A DNA stretch of 64,000 nt, from NCBI GenBank assembly GCA_030704615.1, contig CM060732.1:5208001-5272000 (forward strand), read 5' to 3'. The notes under the pieces were generated by a model. That model had not been told where the DNA came from, did no database searches, and saw only the letters and a list, made by a program, of their open reading frames with translations. Source of the DNA: Takakia lepidozioides. Taxonomy: Eukaryota > Plantae > Bryophyta. Shown here one piece after another: positions 1 to 11,208 of the stretch. The position numbers and the translations under genes were made by a program. Every line of letters starts with the position of its first letter. The first letter of the stretch is position 1.

Positions 1-889
1 TACATTTTTGTGTCACAGCAGTGTTGTACATGACATAGTTTGATTCAATTGTACCTTAGAGACAAATTTATTACAATGATGAAATGGGACTCACTCTTAT
101 GTTTCCAACTACTACAAGCTATAATCTTTAAATTCTTGCCAAGACATGAAGTTGATTTGTCGAAGTAATAGACTTTAGAGAATTGCATACGCAGTGTCAC
201 AGTCCAGAAAAAGACTTCTTATGGATTTTTTGCACTCACTATAGAAAACAAATATGATAAAAAGGACTCATATTAGTATTGATCTATTCTTTAGGATACT
301 AAAGTCCTATAAAAAACATCAAAAAGTGAAATTTCTTATTTCTATATATTATTATGAACCTCGAAAAACTGATTTTTGCCAAAGTACATCAATGCATGGA
401 AACAAAGTAAAACAATGGACTTGCTTCACTAAAAGATACATTTCATGTAGATGAAGAGTAGCCCCGAGTCCCACTATGCGATATAACGAAAATATAAAAT
501 ATAGGAAATAAAGTAAGAAAATAAAAATAATAGCTTGTACTAGGAAAAATAGAAATAATGCCATAGTGTCTGATACTGTCAACTTTAGATGGTTCATATC
601 TTTCAGCATGGATGGATCTAGCGACTACAATTTTTCCATAATCATCAAATCAAGACTCTGAAAAACCTTAGGACTTCTTGTGTAGGCCACACAGTGGACT
701 TTTTCTAGCCACCGTAGTTTGCTTTCACCCTAAGATAACAGAAAGAAGCATCCAAATGAGCATAACCCTTCCCATGAGAGCTCGGTCCATTTTTCTATGG
801 TTGGTTTTGATAAACAAGCACCTGAGCGTGTAAGGGGAAGCACCGAGCTTCGGTAAAAACCAATGTTGTGCAGGTAATGTCTTTTTAAG

Positions 890-1072
890 GAACCCGACGG
901 GTCTAGGTTCGGGTTTTCTTTTGGAACCAAGTCTGGGTCCGGATCCAGTGTTTTTGAAATTTGGGAAAATCCGGGTCCGGGTTCGGGTCCGGGTTTTTCA
1001 ACATGGACTCGGGTCCGGGTCGGGGTAGTTGTTAAGAAGTATTAGCGGGTTCATGGGTTCGGATCCGGGTCC
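890..1072. repeat. Cluster of short GGGTCC/GGGTTC/CCGGGT motifs, possibly subterminal repeats of a DNA transposon
   Basis: Many imperfect copies such as ccgggtccgggttcgggtccgggt, set in AT-rich flanks; no TIR or TSD identified. Confidence 0.35.
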
Positions 1073-1864
1073 TAATTAATTGATTAAATAAACTAGAAAA
1101 ATAATATTAATTAAGGATAAAAAATTGGCTGGAAAAAAATTAAATCCTAATAATGAATTTTACTTTAAGATACATTCCTTCAAAATATACCATGAATATG
1201 TATTCCTCATTTAAAACAAGAATTAAACTAAGGACTCCTAGGGAAGCCATGGTCTCATCTGTAAACTGCCTCCATCGACTCCTGCATCTGGGCAGAGCTG
1301 CCCCCACAAGCTGGCGAGACGTCCGGACCCACTTCACGACATCTCCTGAGTTCAATCGCGAAATAAACTGGAAGCATATCAAAAATGCTTCAAAAGCCTC
1401 TCGGCCTCTCTACAGATGACCAAGTGATCGGGCCAAGTCAACGCCCTTATTAGGGTCATCTTTATGGTCTTAGCAGCAGTCCCATTGGTTCTCTCTTTGC
1501 TTTTTCATTAAGGAAGTCACGATTGTTCTTACTTGGTATGGTAATGTTCCTCCTCGGTTCTTGTGAATGTTCTTGGTCCGCCCTCTTGGAGAGGGGTTGG
1601 GTTCTTTATTCACTGACTACGGTGTGTGTGCCTTATGGCGTATCAGGGGTTTTAATTTTTTTTCCCCACCAATAATTGGCGTGACACTAATCCGTGGATT
1701 GAACCCACAACCACCTTTGAGGTGGTATGTGGCCATTACCACTAGGCTACAACTTGGTGGGGGCTGCTGCTGCAACTGCCTATTGCTCGTCCCCTCCACA
1801 CGTTGCAAAGACTAGGGCTTCGCGTTGCTCCGCACTACTAGCGACGACTTCTGAGAAGGACGTT

Positions 1865-2105
1865 TGGACGGATGGGCTATACTCGAGGATCATGAGAGAG
1901 AGTATGGATCCGATTGATGGGGGGAGGAGGGAGTTGGAGGGGTTTTCCATTGGTCGTCAATATTATTATGACTTCCGGACGGATGGCCATACTCGAGGAT
2001 CATGAGAGAGAATACGGATCATGCGTGCCAAAATGTCGGTCACACAGTTTTGATTTGGGGGGGGGGGGGGGGGGGGGAGGGGAGTTGGAGGGGTTTTCCA
2101 TGGGT
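1865..2105. repeat. Local imperfect tandem duplication with a long G run
   Basis: ggacggatgg..atactcgaggatcatgagagaga..ggggg..gggagttggaggggttttccat occurs twice; second copy has a G run of about 22 nt. Confidence 0.55.
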
Positions 2106-2512
2106 TGTTTTGGTACAACAAGTAGATTTGGACTATGATAAATCAGTATTTTATTATTATTATCCGTTGTGAGCTTGCATTGGGACAAAATGTAGACTTT
2201 TTGAAGAGGAGATCAAGGAGGACGGTCTTTATAAAATATGGTGGCCCTTACATGGAACGTTTAGAAAGTGTCTAATTTAAGCTCTACCAAGCTATGCTTT
2301 TGCTCTAGTTGTCATCGTTCGATTCTGTCTCCTCTGGTGCTTTGGCCAGCAGTTTGACCCCACTATCATTTCCTGTGGATTTATGGCACAGGAAATGCAC
2401 TCAACAGTACATCATGGTCAATACTTTCGGGAAATGGTGGATGGTGTGAGTAGCTAAGTCACAGATCAATGAATGAAGCAAGACACTCGCATCTTTCCAA
2501 GAAGACATCCTT

Positions 2513-2843
2513 TCACCAGTAATCACCACAAGAACAAATCCCATCTTCAAAGTGGTGAGAGCGGTTAGAGTCCCGTACAACAATTGCTCGGCCAACAATC
2601 TTTGAGTTGAATTTGGTGGAGGTGTGGCAGTCACCACACACTAGAAGATTCTTGATGAGACGGAGAGGCGTCCTAGGGGTCATGCTGATCAGCCCAAAAC
2701 CAATGGCCAGCTTCTCACTGTGGTGGCAAAGAGAAAATTTCTTTTCTCCTCCCCACATCATGCAATACAAAGCGTCTGTTAGGCACATACCCCACCTCCT
2801 TCATCTTCCCAGACAATCTTCTTAGCTCAGCATGGATTTCCTT
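2513..2843 (-). pseudogene. 3' part (E+/DYW deaminase domain) of a PLS-PPR editing-factor pseudogene, split by the retroelement
   Basis: [13 protein letters not shown]...[16 protein letters not shown]...[14 protein letters not shown]; upstream KEIHAEL joins HPKIK at about 14049 on the far side of the insertion; frameshifted. Confidence 0.9.
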
Positions 2844-3201
2844 TGTCAAGTTAAATAAGCACAGTGTGAAAAGAACTAGAATAAAGCTAGTTATTTGTAT
2901 TTAACACTTGGATTTAGGTCAAGTGTTAAATCAGGTGTCAAGTTTAGTTTGACACCTGAACGGCCTTATCTTCACGAGAGCGGCAGTCGCGTAGCTCATC
3001 TCTCTCGAGTTGAGCCTGCGCGACCGAGCTCCTTCATGCGTTTAGATCTGAGTGTGCTTATGATGGGAGTGTAGGTTGTTGTGGGGTGGAGTCCCCATAG
3101 CGTGGGGTGCCCCTGGCTCGACTTCTATTTTAAAGAGTGATAGCGATGGATTTCATATTTCTTGTGTTGAGAGTGTGTGTCCTTTTTAGCTCTATTTATC
3201 A
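2844..3201 (+). repeat. 5' LTR segment B (358 bp), lacking the first ~87 bp of the full LTR
   Basis: tgtcaagttaaataag...ctctatttatca; no mismatch seen by eye against 13605-13962. Confidence 0.95.
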
Positions 3202-3214
3202 CTCGAGAGAGATG
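3201..3214 (+). promoter_or_regulatory. Putative self-priming primer-binding site
   Basis: actcgagagagatg is the exact reverse complement of catctctctcgagt at 2997-3010 inside the LTR; no TGG-starting tRNA PBS follows the LTR. Confidence 0.7.
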
Positions 3215-3699
3215 CTCTCTTACTTGTGAGTGCAAGGTAGGAGTTGAGGGTTAGCACTTGCAAGATTACTTGTGTGTAAGTAGTGCTTAGTTTGAGAAGC
3301 ATATCATTGAATGTGACCACAAGATTCAGCGTGCCCTGAAACGCCTGGAGGATGACGATGCCAGAGCCGTCACTGTTGTTGCAGTCGCTGAAGCTACCAA
3401 GTCACCAGAGGCTTTGGAGTACACAAGGCAAATCAAGGAGAAGATGAAAGTTGCGGAGTACATGGATCTGGATGGGAAAGCAGACAACAAAATTCGGATA
3501 ATGGAGGACGTGGAAGTAAAAAACTGGCAGCAGCCGATGAACACCAAGACAAACACGGCAGCTCACATTCCAGGCACAAGAAGAATATAGGCGGAAGCAA
3601 GATGCACTGCGAAGGCGACAGGCACAAGTGGGTGGAAACGCTTTATCTTTGAGTGATCTCGAGTTCGTAGCATTCTTGACTGAGGAGGGTACGATTGCA

Positions 3700-4040
3700 G
3701 ACTGCAGCAAACCTGACTCGAAGGCAAGTGTGTATGCCATTTTTTTATGAGGAAAAGATTCTATATTACGTTGGTGTCTCAAGACAGGCTTATCAGAGTA
3801 TGAGGCTACACTTTGCACGCAAGCCGCTACAATGCTGGTATGTGAAGGTGCAGAATGAGAACCGTCCAGCCGAGCTCTACTTGAAAGCATTCGAAACAAA
3901 TGGATCTCTGACAATGGTGCAGTTCCCAGCGGAAATGACAATGGGAAGTTGCAAAATATTTGGGAGAACCCACTGGATTGCAAACCTCTCATGAGAGAAG
4001 AAGAGAAGCTGAAGGTTGAAGAGGCAAAGGACGTTGTTAA
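3700..4040 (+). pseudogene. Frameshifted fragment of a GIY-YIG-like (GrxS16 N-terminal / cyanobacterial type) gene inside the retroelement
   Basis: Joining frames gives SVYAIF-YEEKILYYVGVSRQAYQSMRLHFARKPLQCWYVKVQNENRP-SRALLESIRNKWISDNGAVPSGNDNGKLQNIWENPLDCKPLM. Confidence 0.6.
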
Positions 4041-5389
4041 GAACAGGAAGAAGCGGGAGCGGCGATGTCTCGGTAGAGCAACCTGACGGTAGAGATGTGA
4101 AAGAGAATGTGGAGAAGTCGACAGGTTGGGCACTGTCAGCTCAGGAAGAGACCATTCAGAGAGAGCTTGAGCGTGAAAGAAACAGGGCACAACCAAAGGA
4201 GCTGATGGCCTTCTAAGTCTTTGATTTGGCAGCTTGCAGCTGCCTCATTGCAACATTGTTTATCCCTGAACAACCAGCCATATCTCTTCCCACCTCTTAT
4301 ATAGACATCAGAACTGTACAATGGATGAGGGATGGACTCAAGAAGGGGTGCTCCACACATGGGAGGGAGCTGCTGGTCCTCTGCAGATATGCATCACCAG
4401 CCTAGCAGCAGTGGGAGCAACAAGCAAGAGATTGACAAAGTAAGACATGCAAGCTAAGAATTGAAGGTGGGAGTTAGGAGCATGCTGCGTGCAGCATTTG
4501 CAGACTCAGGCAGCAGCTGAGAAGGAAGAGGCTCAAACCAATGTTGAGGGAGGCCCATCGAAGCAGTTTCAGGCACCTCAAGTACCAAGTCCTTCGTCAC
4601 CAAGGGATTTTCCTTCTCTTTCTGTGCTTGAAGAAGTGAATGGGTCGGGTCAGCCCTTTCTAGCAGGGCAAGCATGCTTGGTGGGGAGTCTAGACGCGTC
4701 CAGGGAACTCGTCCAAGGTTGGTACTAGTTTGTGCATGAACGTTTGAATTTCTTTGCCAAAAGATAGCCTCCCCGGCCTTACTGTGAGCCGCTTTCAGCT
4801 GTCCGTCATACCATTGTCCTTTTGCACTCAACGTTCTCATTAAGTGAGGAGACGTCGTCTTCCTGGGCCGCCCATAGTTTTGGAGCTATCATGGTGCCTG
4901 CACGAGAACGATCTGTGTTGCTCAAGTTGAGCTGACAGGATTGCGGGAGACTGGCGGGCTGCGTTCGCCACAGAGACGACGGCTGCCAGGCGAATATGAA
5001 CAATACCTAAGAGCCGCTGGTACCAATTTAGAACTTTGGGCACATATACAGGAACAGGGAACCAGGGAACAGGGAACCAAGACAATAGAGTTTTCTTTGT
5101 ATTTGTTTTGTCTTATTAAAAAGAAAAAAAGAAAAAGAAAAAAAAGTGTTATGTTTAAAGAGTCTGGTTGGTCATATCTTTGTCAAATGGGCTCCGTTTG
5201 ACTCAATTTTTGAGGGGATGGCTGCAGAAAGGGGAAATCTACCTATCTAGACCTGGTTTTTGTTTCTGGCACTCTGCTAAAAATCTATGGAATTTTTAGA
5301 GTGTGAGTGTGCCGTGAAAGATCCACAATTCTGTTTCTAGAACCAATTCTGGTCTATTTGAGAGACAAATCTGTGGATGTCCTCCTTGT

Positions 5390-6022
5390 ATGGCTGGGGG
5401 AAATGAGGACGTAATTGAAGGGCAGGTCTCTTCTCTTAGCCTGTGCACACAAGGGGACAGGATTTATGTTTCCCAAGGAACTCAGACTGATTTGAGTAGA
5501 GAACAGTTGGACGAGTTGATTGCATACTGGGAGTCAGGCATTAGCAGTAGACAACAGACTGCTGTAGTTGGCGTTGAGGGCCTCAATATCGCTTTGGACA
5601 GTCAGAACTCTGTTGGAGCCAGCAGTTCTGCAGCTGTAAGTGAAATACCAAAGTGGGTGAAAGCTAGGCTTGGAACACAGCCAAAGACAGCCCCGGGGAC
5701 CAAGGTGTTCAGCCACAAGGCAGTGGTGTACTGGAGTAGAGGAGCAGGAGCTACACAAGTTTGTGCAATCAGACATGGTTGCAGCCGGATACGCTCTGCA
5801 CAGGGCAACCACGAGCGGGGGTTCATTAGCAATGACATGTTTGTTGTGCGTGAAGGAGATGCAGTCATTCGCAATGAGGACACCCGCAACCGTCTCAAAG
5901 CTTTCGAGTTGAGAGACTATCAGACCCTACCTTTGTTTTCTTTAGTGTTCAGTGAGCAGGAGATAGGGGAGTATTGCTTTGTCTCTACCTGGCAGAAAGA
6001 GGAGGAGGGTTGGTTAGAGTGA
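5390..6022 (+). CDS. Hypothetical 210-aa ORF inside the retroelement, function unknown
   Basis: ATG-initiated open frame; no domain recognised. Confidence 0.3.
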   Translation: MAGGNEDVIEGQVSSLSLCTQGDRIYVSQGTQTDLSREQLDELIAYWESGISSRQQTAVVGVEGLNIALDSQNSVGASSSAAVSEIPKWVKARLGTQPKTAPGTKVFSHKAVVYWSRGAGATQVCAIRHGCSRIRSAQGNHERGFISNDMFVVREGDAVIRNEDTRNRLKAFELRDYQTLPLFSLVFSEQEIGEYCFVSTWQKEEEGWLE

Positions 6023-6924
6023 GCTACTGTAGCTTGGGACAAGGTTAGTGGCAGGTTTCTGGACATAGATATACCTCCTACACCTTACCATCATGCAGAG
6101 CGAGGCACTTTGAGAGAAGTCTGGCAGTTGATAGCATAGATCAGGATTAGATCTTGCTTGGTCGGGCTTCTATTCTTCCCCTCCATCTCTGTACTATTTT
6201 CATTACCTTGTACTTGTAGTTGCCAAAGCCTCTCTTGGTGGAGGCCAGTCAGTCCGGGGTTTTGGGCTGGGATATTTTGCAGGATCAGCATTGCAGCTGG
6301 ATTTTGGTGTGGGGGTGTTGATGTTTGATTTCTTGTGTTTGGATCCCCCCCAACACCTGCATGCTTGACTGTGCGCCATGTTGGTTTTGTGTGGGCGATT
6401 GCTTTCATAGGGATTAGGCCGGATTTGATCACCGGTCAATCCTAGAGTATGTTGTCGGTGGTGAGGCTGGAGTGATGACCAGCAAGACCACCGCTGTTGA
6501 GGTGGATTCGCTTCTCCCCAGCATGATATGCAGATATGGGGCCCTTCATTGTGAGTGAATGTCACTCGAGTATGCCAAACTAGACCCCAAAACTGGTGAG
6601 TTTGATATGGTGGAGGGAAACCAGGAAAATGAATTTGGATGTTTCTCCCTGGCAGTACCAAGAACGGGTGTCAAGTGTAGAGAATCCAGCTACTCCCCAA
6701 TCCCTCTTGAAAGAAAATTTTCATTGCAAAACTGTCAGCTTCTGAAACATCAGGATTTTGCCAACTACCGTTGAAACAACAGGTGACAACTCCTCTATAC
6801 TGCTCCAGTGATCACCACCCTGGGCACCTCACATATTGTACAGTCTGACTGTTCAACTCAATCTTTCTCAAATCGCTTAGAACATTACATTCCCCTGGAC
6901 ACTCATTCATGCGTGTTGCTTCTT

Positions 6925-7062
6925 TCACCAGTATTCGCCACAAGAACACACCCCATCTTGGAAGTGGTGAAAGCGGTTGGCATCCCGTACAACAATTTCT
7001 CGCCCAACAAGTTTTGAGATGAACTTGGTGGCGGTGTGATAGTCACCGCACACACGAAGGTC
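6925..7062 (-). pseudogene. C-terminal DYW-domain fragment abutting the gag remnant in antisense
   Basis: [44 protein letters not shown]. Confidence 0.9.
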
Positions 7063-7078
7063 CCAACAGCAACTAGGG

Positions 7079-8013
7079 GTGATATGTTGGACATGTAGAG
7101 GACCCATGTCAAGAGAGATTGCCCAGAGAGTGGCAAAAGGCCGGTACAAACACAGCCTGCACAGTTGCAGTGTGGGCATTGTGGCAAGTATGGGCATGGA
7201 GATGCCCAGTGTTATGACTTGCATCCTGAGTTGCGCCCAGGCCAGTTCCAAGGGAACAATGGTGGCCGGGGGCGAGGTGGACCAGCCCAGAGAGGACGAG
7301 GTGGTCGGGCACGAGGTGCAGGCCAAGGGCAAGCTCAACATGGCCAAGGACGCGGAGGTCAGGGTGTTGACCAAGGCATGGCCAACCGGCTTCAGCAGCT
7401 AGAGCAGAGGCTCGCTGCCATGGCTACAGCTCAGGCGGTACGGGCTCCCAGGTGGGATGGTCCACCTCCTATTCCTGAGGGAGGAGATATGGGAGGCATG
7501 GGATTCATGTGCGGAGCAGCACTACCACTAGAGCAGGTGGAGTCTTCTGCACCCGTGACTCGAGGAGCAGCACGAGTTCCTGAGCCACGAGGTGCAGAGG
7601 TGGAGTTGGATCCACAACGTGGGGAGGCAAGCCGTCAGGCGAGGTTGCCTCAGTCATTCACCTTGGCGGAGACAGTGTCAACGCCATCCATGGCACCTAG
7701 TTCTCGTCCGACTGTTACCGAGGCGGAGGTTACTATGCCATTGGGGAGAGCTACACGTGCAGCACTGACAGCTGCTACCAAAGCTAGTGCAGCCGGTGTG
7801 TTATTGGGGGCAACCACCTATGTGTGTCAAGCCCCACTGTTCTCGACAACCATGATTGCGACGCCGGGGGTAAGACCAGCTGCAGTGTTCAGACTAGCAG
7901 CAACACTCTGTGAGAGTGGGGAGGTCACTTCATCCTCTACGGAGTTAGTGGAAGGTGTAGTGGCAGAGGGATCCTCGGATTTGAGGGTCAAGATTGCCAC
8001 GGCTGCGCCCTGA
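7079..8013 (+). pseudogene. gag: gag C-terminal remnant: zinc knuckles and RGG-rich region
   Basis: CWTCRG/HVKRDC (frameshifted), then [14 protein letters not shown], then GGRGRGG repeats. Confidence 0.75.
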
Positions 8014-8031
8014 CAAGCTGCAGCTGCCAGG

Positions 8032-8500
8032 TTGACGGAGCTGCCAGCTAGGCCAGCCTTTGAGCGCGCCATGGTGACACCTGGAGTTGTCTTGTTAGAC
8101 AACCAGGATGGCATTTTCTCTTTGAGTGGACCGACAGGCAAGAAGTACCGGCCACTGCGGGTCTTGTTGGACTCGGGAGCTCAGCCATTGATGTTGGGCA
8201 GAGCTGCTATTGCAGGTTTGGGCCTCATTGAGGCGGATATGGAGCCTTGTCCTTTCCAGATACAGACATCTCTGGGAGGATCAGAGCAGGCTCGGGGCAT
8301 TACACGGCATCAGTTGGCCATTCGACTGCAGCCGGATCATCCTATCAATGGCTCAGTAATGCGAGCCAAGGCCATTGTGACGGACGCGATCTCTTACGAT
8401 GTCCTCGTTGGTGGGGCAGTGTTAGACCCCATGGGCTTCACCCTGGACTTTTGGGAGGAGTCAGCATTCTACAGGCCTGGATGGCAGTCAGGGGATGGTC
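8032..8500 (+). pseudogene. pol: Retroviral-type aspartic protease
   Basis: RVLLDSGAQP catalytic motif at about 8170; downstream YDVLVGGAVL. Confidence 0.85.
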
Positions 8501-8880
8501 ATCGTGCACAGCGCCCTGTGACATTCATTGGGGGTATTGCGGCTGCTCAACGGGGCAAGATGCCAACACTAGCCGCCTTTACAGCTGCAGTTAGTTGGCC
8601 TGGAGAGTTGCTGGAAGACAATGCCCATGCAGAGGATGTGTCATCTCCAGCAGAGCAGGATGACATGCATGGTATGGCAAAGTTGCCTGCCATGGTTGCT
8701 CACACTCCATTGTGGGGTACGAGCAAGGATTTACAGCAGGTTGCTGATGGACGAGTGCAACAGGCCTGGGTAGAGGCTTTTGTACCATCAAGAGAGGTGG
8801 AGAGTGCGGGTATTGCACCAAGACCACCTCAGTTGTCACCATTGGATACCACACCTATTGTGTGGCAGTATCCGGATGAA

Positions 8881-9830
8881 GGCATTTGCTTTTTGGACTT
8901 GTTTGGCGGGATCAGCACCGGATTGGCTGCTGTGCTACAGGTAGGTGTGCGGGTAAGGCGTTACCTGTATGTGGAGAGGGATGAGACTGCTCGACACGTC
9001 TCACTGCGCCATGTTGCTCAGTTGGTACAGCAGTACCCTGCTTTGTTGCCAGTGTCTGCAGTTCGTGGATACCAACAAGCCTTGCAAGCAGACATTTCGT
9101 TGCTGGGGGCGCCGGATTTGGAGCAGGTTGGCTCCATTGATCTGGTAGTGGCAGGTTGGCCCTGCCAAGGGCATTCATCAGCCGGGCATGGCAATGGATT
9201 TTGAGACTCGAGGACGGGTCTGTTTTGGGAGATGGTGCGGGTTTTGCGCCACTTGCAGCTTCATCAAGCTGTATCTCCAGCATACATCTTGGAGAATGTG
9301 CCACTGATGGGTGATTCTTGGGCCAGGGTGATGGCCAGTGTGCATCAAGTCCGGTCGTGGCTTGGGTCAGCAGTGTTGCTGGATGCAGCTGCAGTGGGGT
9401 CACGGGCTCATTGTCCACGGCTTTGGTGGACTAACTTGATGCCACCCGCACTGCTCAAGCGTGCATTTGCAGCGGCCAGCACACCTCACTGTGGATGGCA
9501 TTTTGGACACAGGGAGGCAGTCTCAACGTGTGAGACACGATGACCGTTCGCCTCTGGCAGTGGTCAACAGGGTGGGTCAACCACGAGCAGCATTACCTAC
9601 ACTGCTCAGCTTCCCAGGATCTCATGCTTTTCGGGATGGTGGACCTGGCCTCCTGTGGGATGCTCAGTTGCAGCAGTTAGTGGAGCCTAATGCCAACGAG
9701 CGAGAGCGGGCTATGGGGTTTTCCACTGGGACCACGGTGGTGCCTTCTCTTTCTGAGGCATCACGGCGTCAGGTGTTGGGGCAAGCAATGGATCTCAATT
9801 GCTTGACCTGGATTATCAGCTTGGCTATGG
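8881..9830 (+). pseudogene. DNMT3-like cytosine-5 DNA methyltransferase domain within pol
   Basis: Motif I FLDLFGGISTG, II RYLYVE, IV DLVVAGWPCQ (catalytic PC at 9160-9165), VI YILENV, VIII AHCPRLWWTNL, IX ERERAMGF, X RRQVLGQAM, in canonical order; one TGA at 9202 and a frameshift near 9470. Confidence 0.92.
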
Positions 9831-10282
9831 CTGAGCAACGTAGAGTGCGGAGTGCACTCCCCTTCATGGTCTCTCTGCCTACCGAGACGGTACAGGCAGC
9901 AAGTGGGGGCGAGCTGGTGAGGACCACTGGGTGTAGACATCCATGGCACACGTGGGAGGTGCTCGAGGTTCAGAGGGAGTTGGCAGCCAAGGCAGCTGTG
10001 ATGGATGAGGTTGGGGATTCTTCTCGGGATGAGGAGGTTCTCAATGATGAGATGATGGGGCAGGATGAGGCCTTGTCATTGACTGAGCAGGAAGGGAGTA
10101 CTGCTCAAGAGGTTGTAGCATAGCAACCACGGGACGCGTCCTCTACCTCTAAGCCCACTGGACTTAAGGTTGCAGTTACGGAGGACAATTGGGAGCCTGA
10201 CATTGAACCCATTGTCACCGGAGGAGAGAGACGACGTATACGGCGGTTCCTGAGGGCTTATAGGAATTGTTTTGCCTTCAGT

Positions 10283-11163
10283 TTGAAGGACTTGGGAGCA
10301 CTGAAGGGTCAAGAGATCCGTATTGAGTTGGCCACTGACACGCCAATCTTTCGGAGACCCTATAGATACAGTGACATGGAGAGGTCTTTGATTCAGATGA
10401 GGACTCAAGATCCCTGGGAGGCAGGTTTGGTGGAGCTCTCTGGTGGAGAGTATGCTTCAGCCACAGTGATGCCAGCCAAGAAGGATGTCTATGGCAATTG
10501 GACGGAGAGACGTATGTGCGGTGATTACCGGCCTGTAAATCGTCAGACCATGTCCGATAGGTATGCCATGCCGACACCAGAGGAGATCTTTGATGCCATT
10601 GGGCATTCCAAGGTCTTTAGCACGTTGGATTTATGATCCGGATATCACCAGTTGCCGATCAAGGAGGCGGATAAGCAAAAGACGGCATTTTGGGGGATCA
10701 ATGAGCACGGGAAGGATTGCCTATACCAGTGGCGGTTCTTACCATTTGGGCTTAAAACGCTCCCGCTGAGTTTCAAAGAGTCATGGACACGATTCTGGCA
10801 GGGGTGGAGTTTGCTCGGTGCTACATAGATGACATCATCATCTTTAGTGCTACGGTGGAGGAGCATGAGAGACACCTTCAGGGGGTATTTGAGCGCTTGA
10901 GGACCCACGGATTAAAGTTACATCCCGGCAAGTGCAAGTTTTTCCACAACCAGATTGAGTATCTGGGTCATATGATATATCCTGCAGGATTGGGGGTACA
11001 ACAGACTAAGGTAGAGTCCATTGCACAGGTTCCACGCCCCACGGATGTGAGCCGAGTTCGAGCTTTCATGGGGTTAACAAACTATTACAGACGGTTTGTT
11101 AAGGGATTTAGTGCCATTGCAAAGGCTCTAACCAAGCTGACCAAGGTGGACCAGGAGTGGTAG
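10283..11163 (+). pseudogene. pol: Reverse transcriptase (gypsy type)
   Basis: RMCGDYRPVN, FSTLDL*SGYHQ, LPFGL, CYIDDIIIFS, KC..IEYLGH, FMGLTNYYRRFV. Confidence 0.95.
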
Positions 11164-11208
11164 TGGGAAGATGAGCAAGAACAAGCTTTTCAAGAGCTCA
11201 AGGCGAGG

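Noticed and set aside
1240-1640. Possible 3' remnant of an old LINE
   Set aside because: Only a vague resemblance, with no diagnostic motif
2056-2077. Long poly-G run as a functional G-quadruplex
   Set aside because: Simple homopolymer expansion in a local duplication; length unreliable
3402-4196. 264-aa minus-strand ORF
   Set aside because: Antisense shadow of the plus-strand GIY-YIG-like, charged sequence; no domain of its own
6925-7374. 149-aa ORF read as a novel DYW fusion protein
   Set aside because: Its N-terminal part is just the antisense of gag, and it lacks the HSE zinc-binding half of DYW
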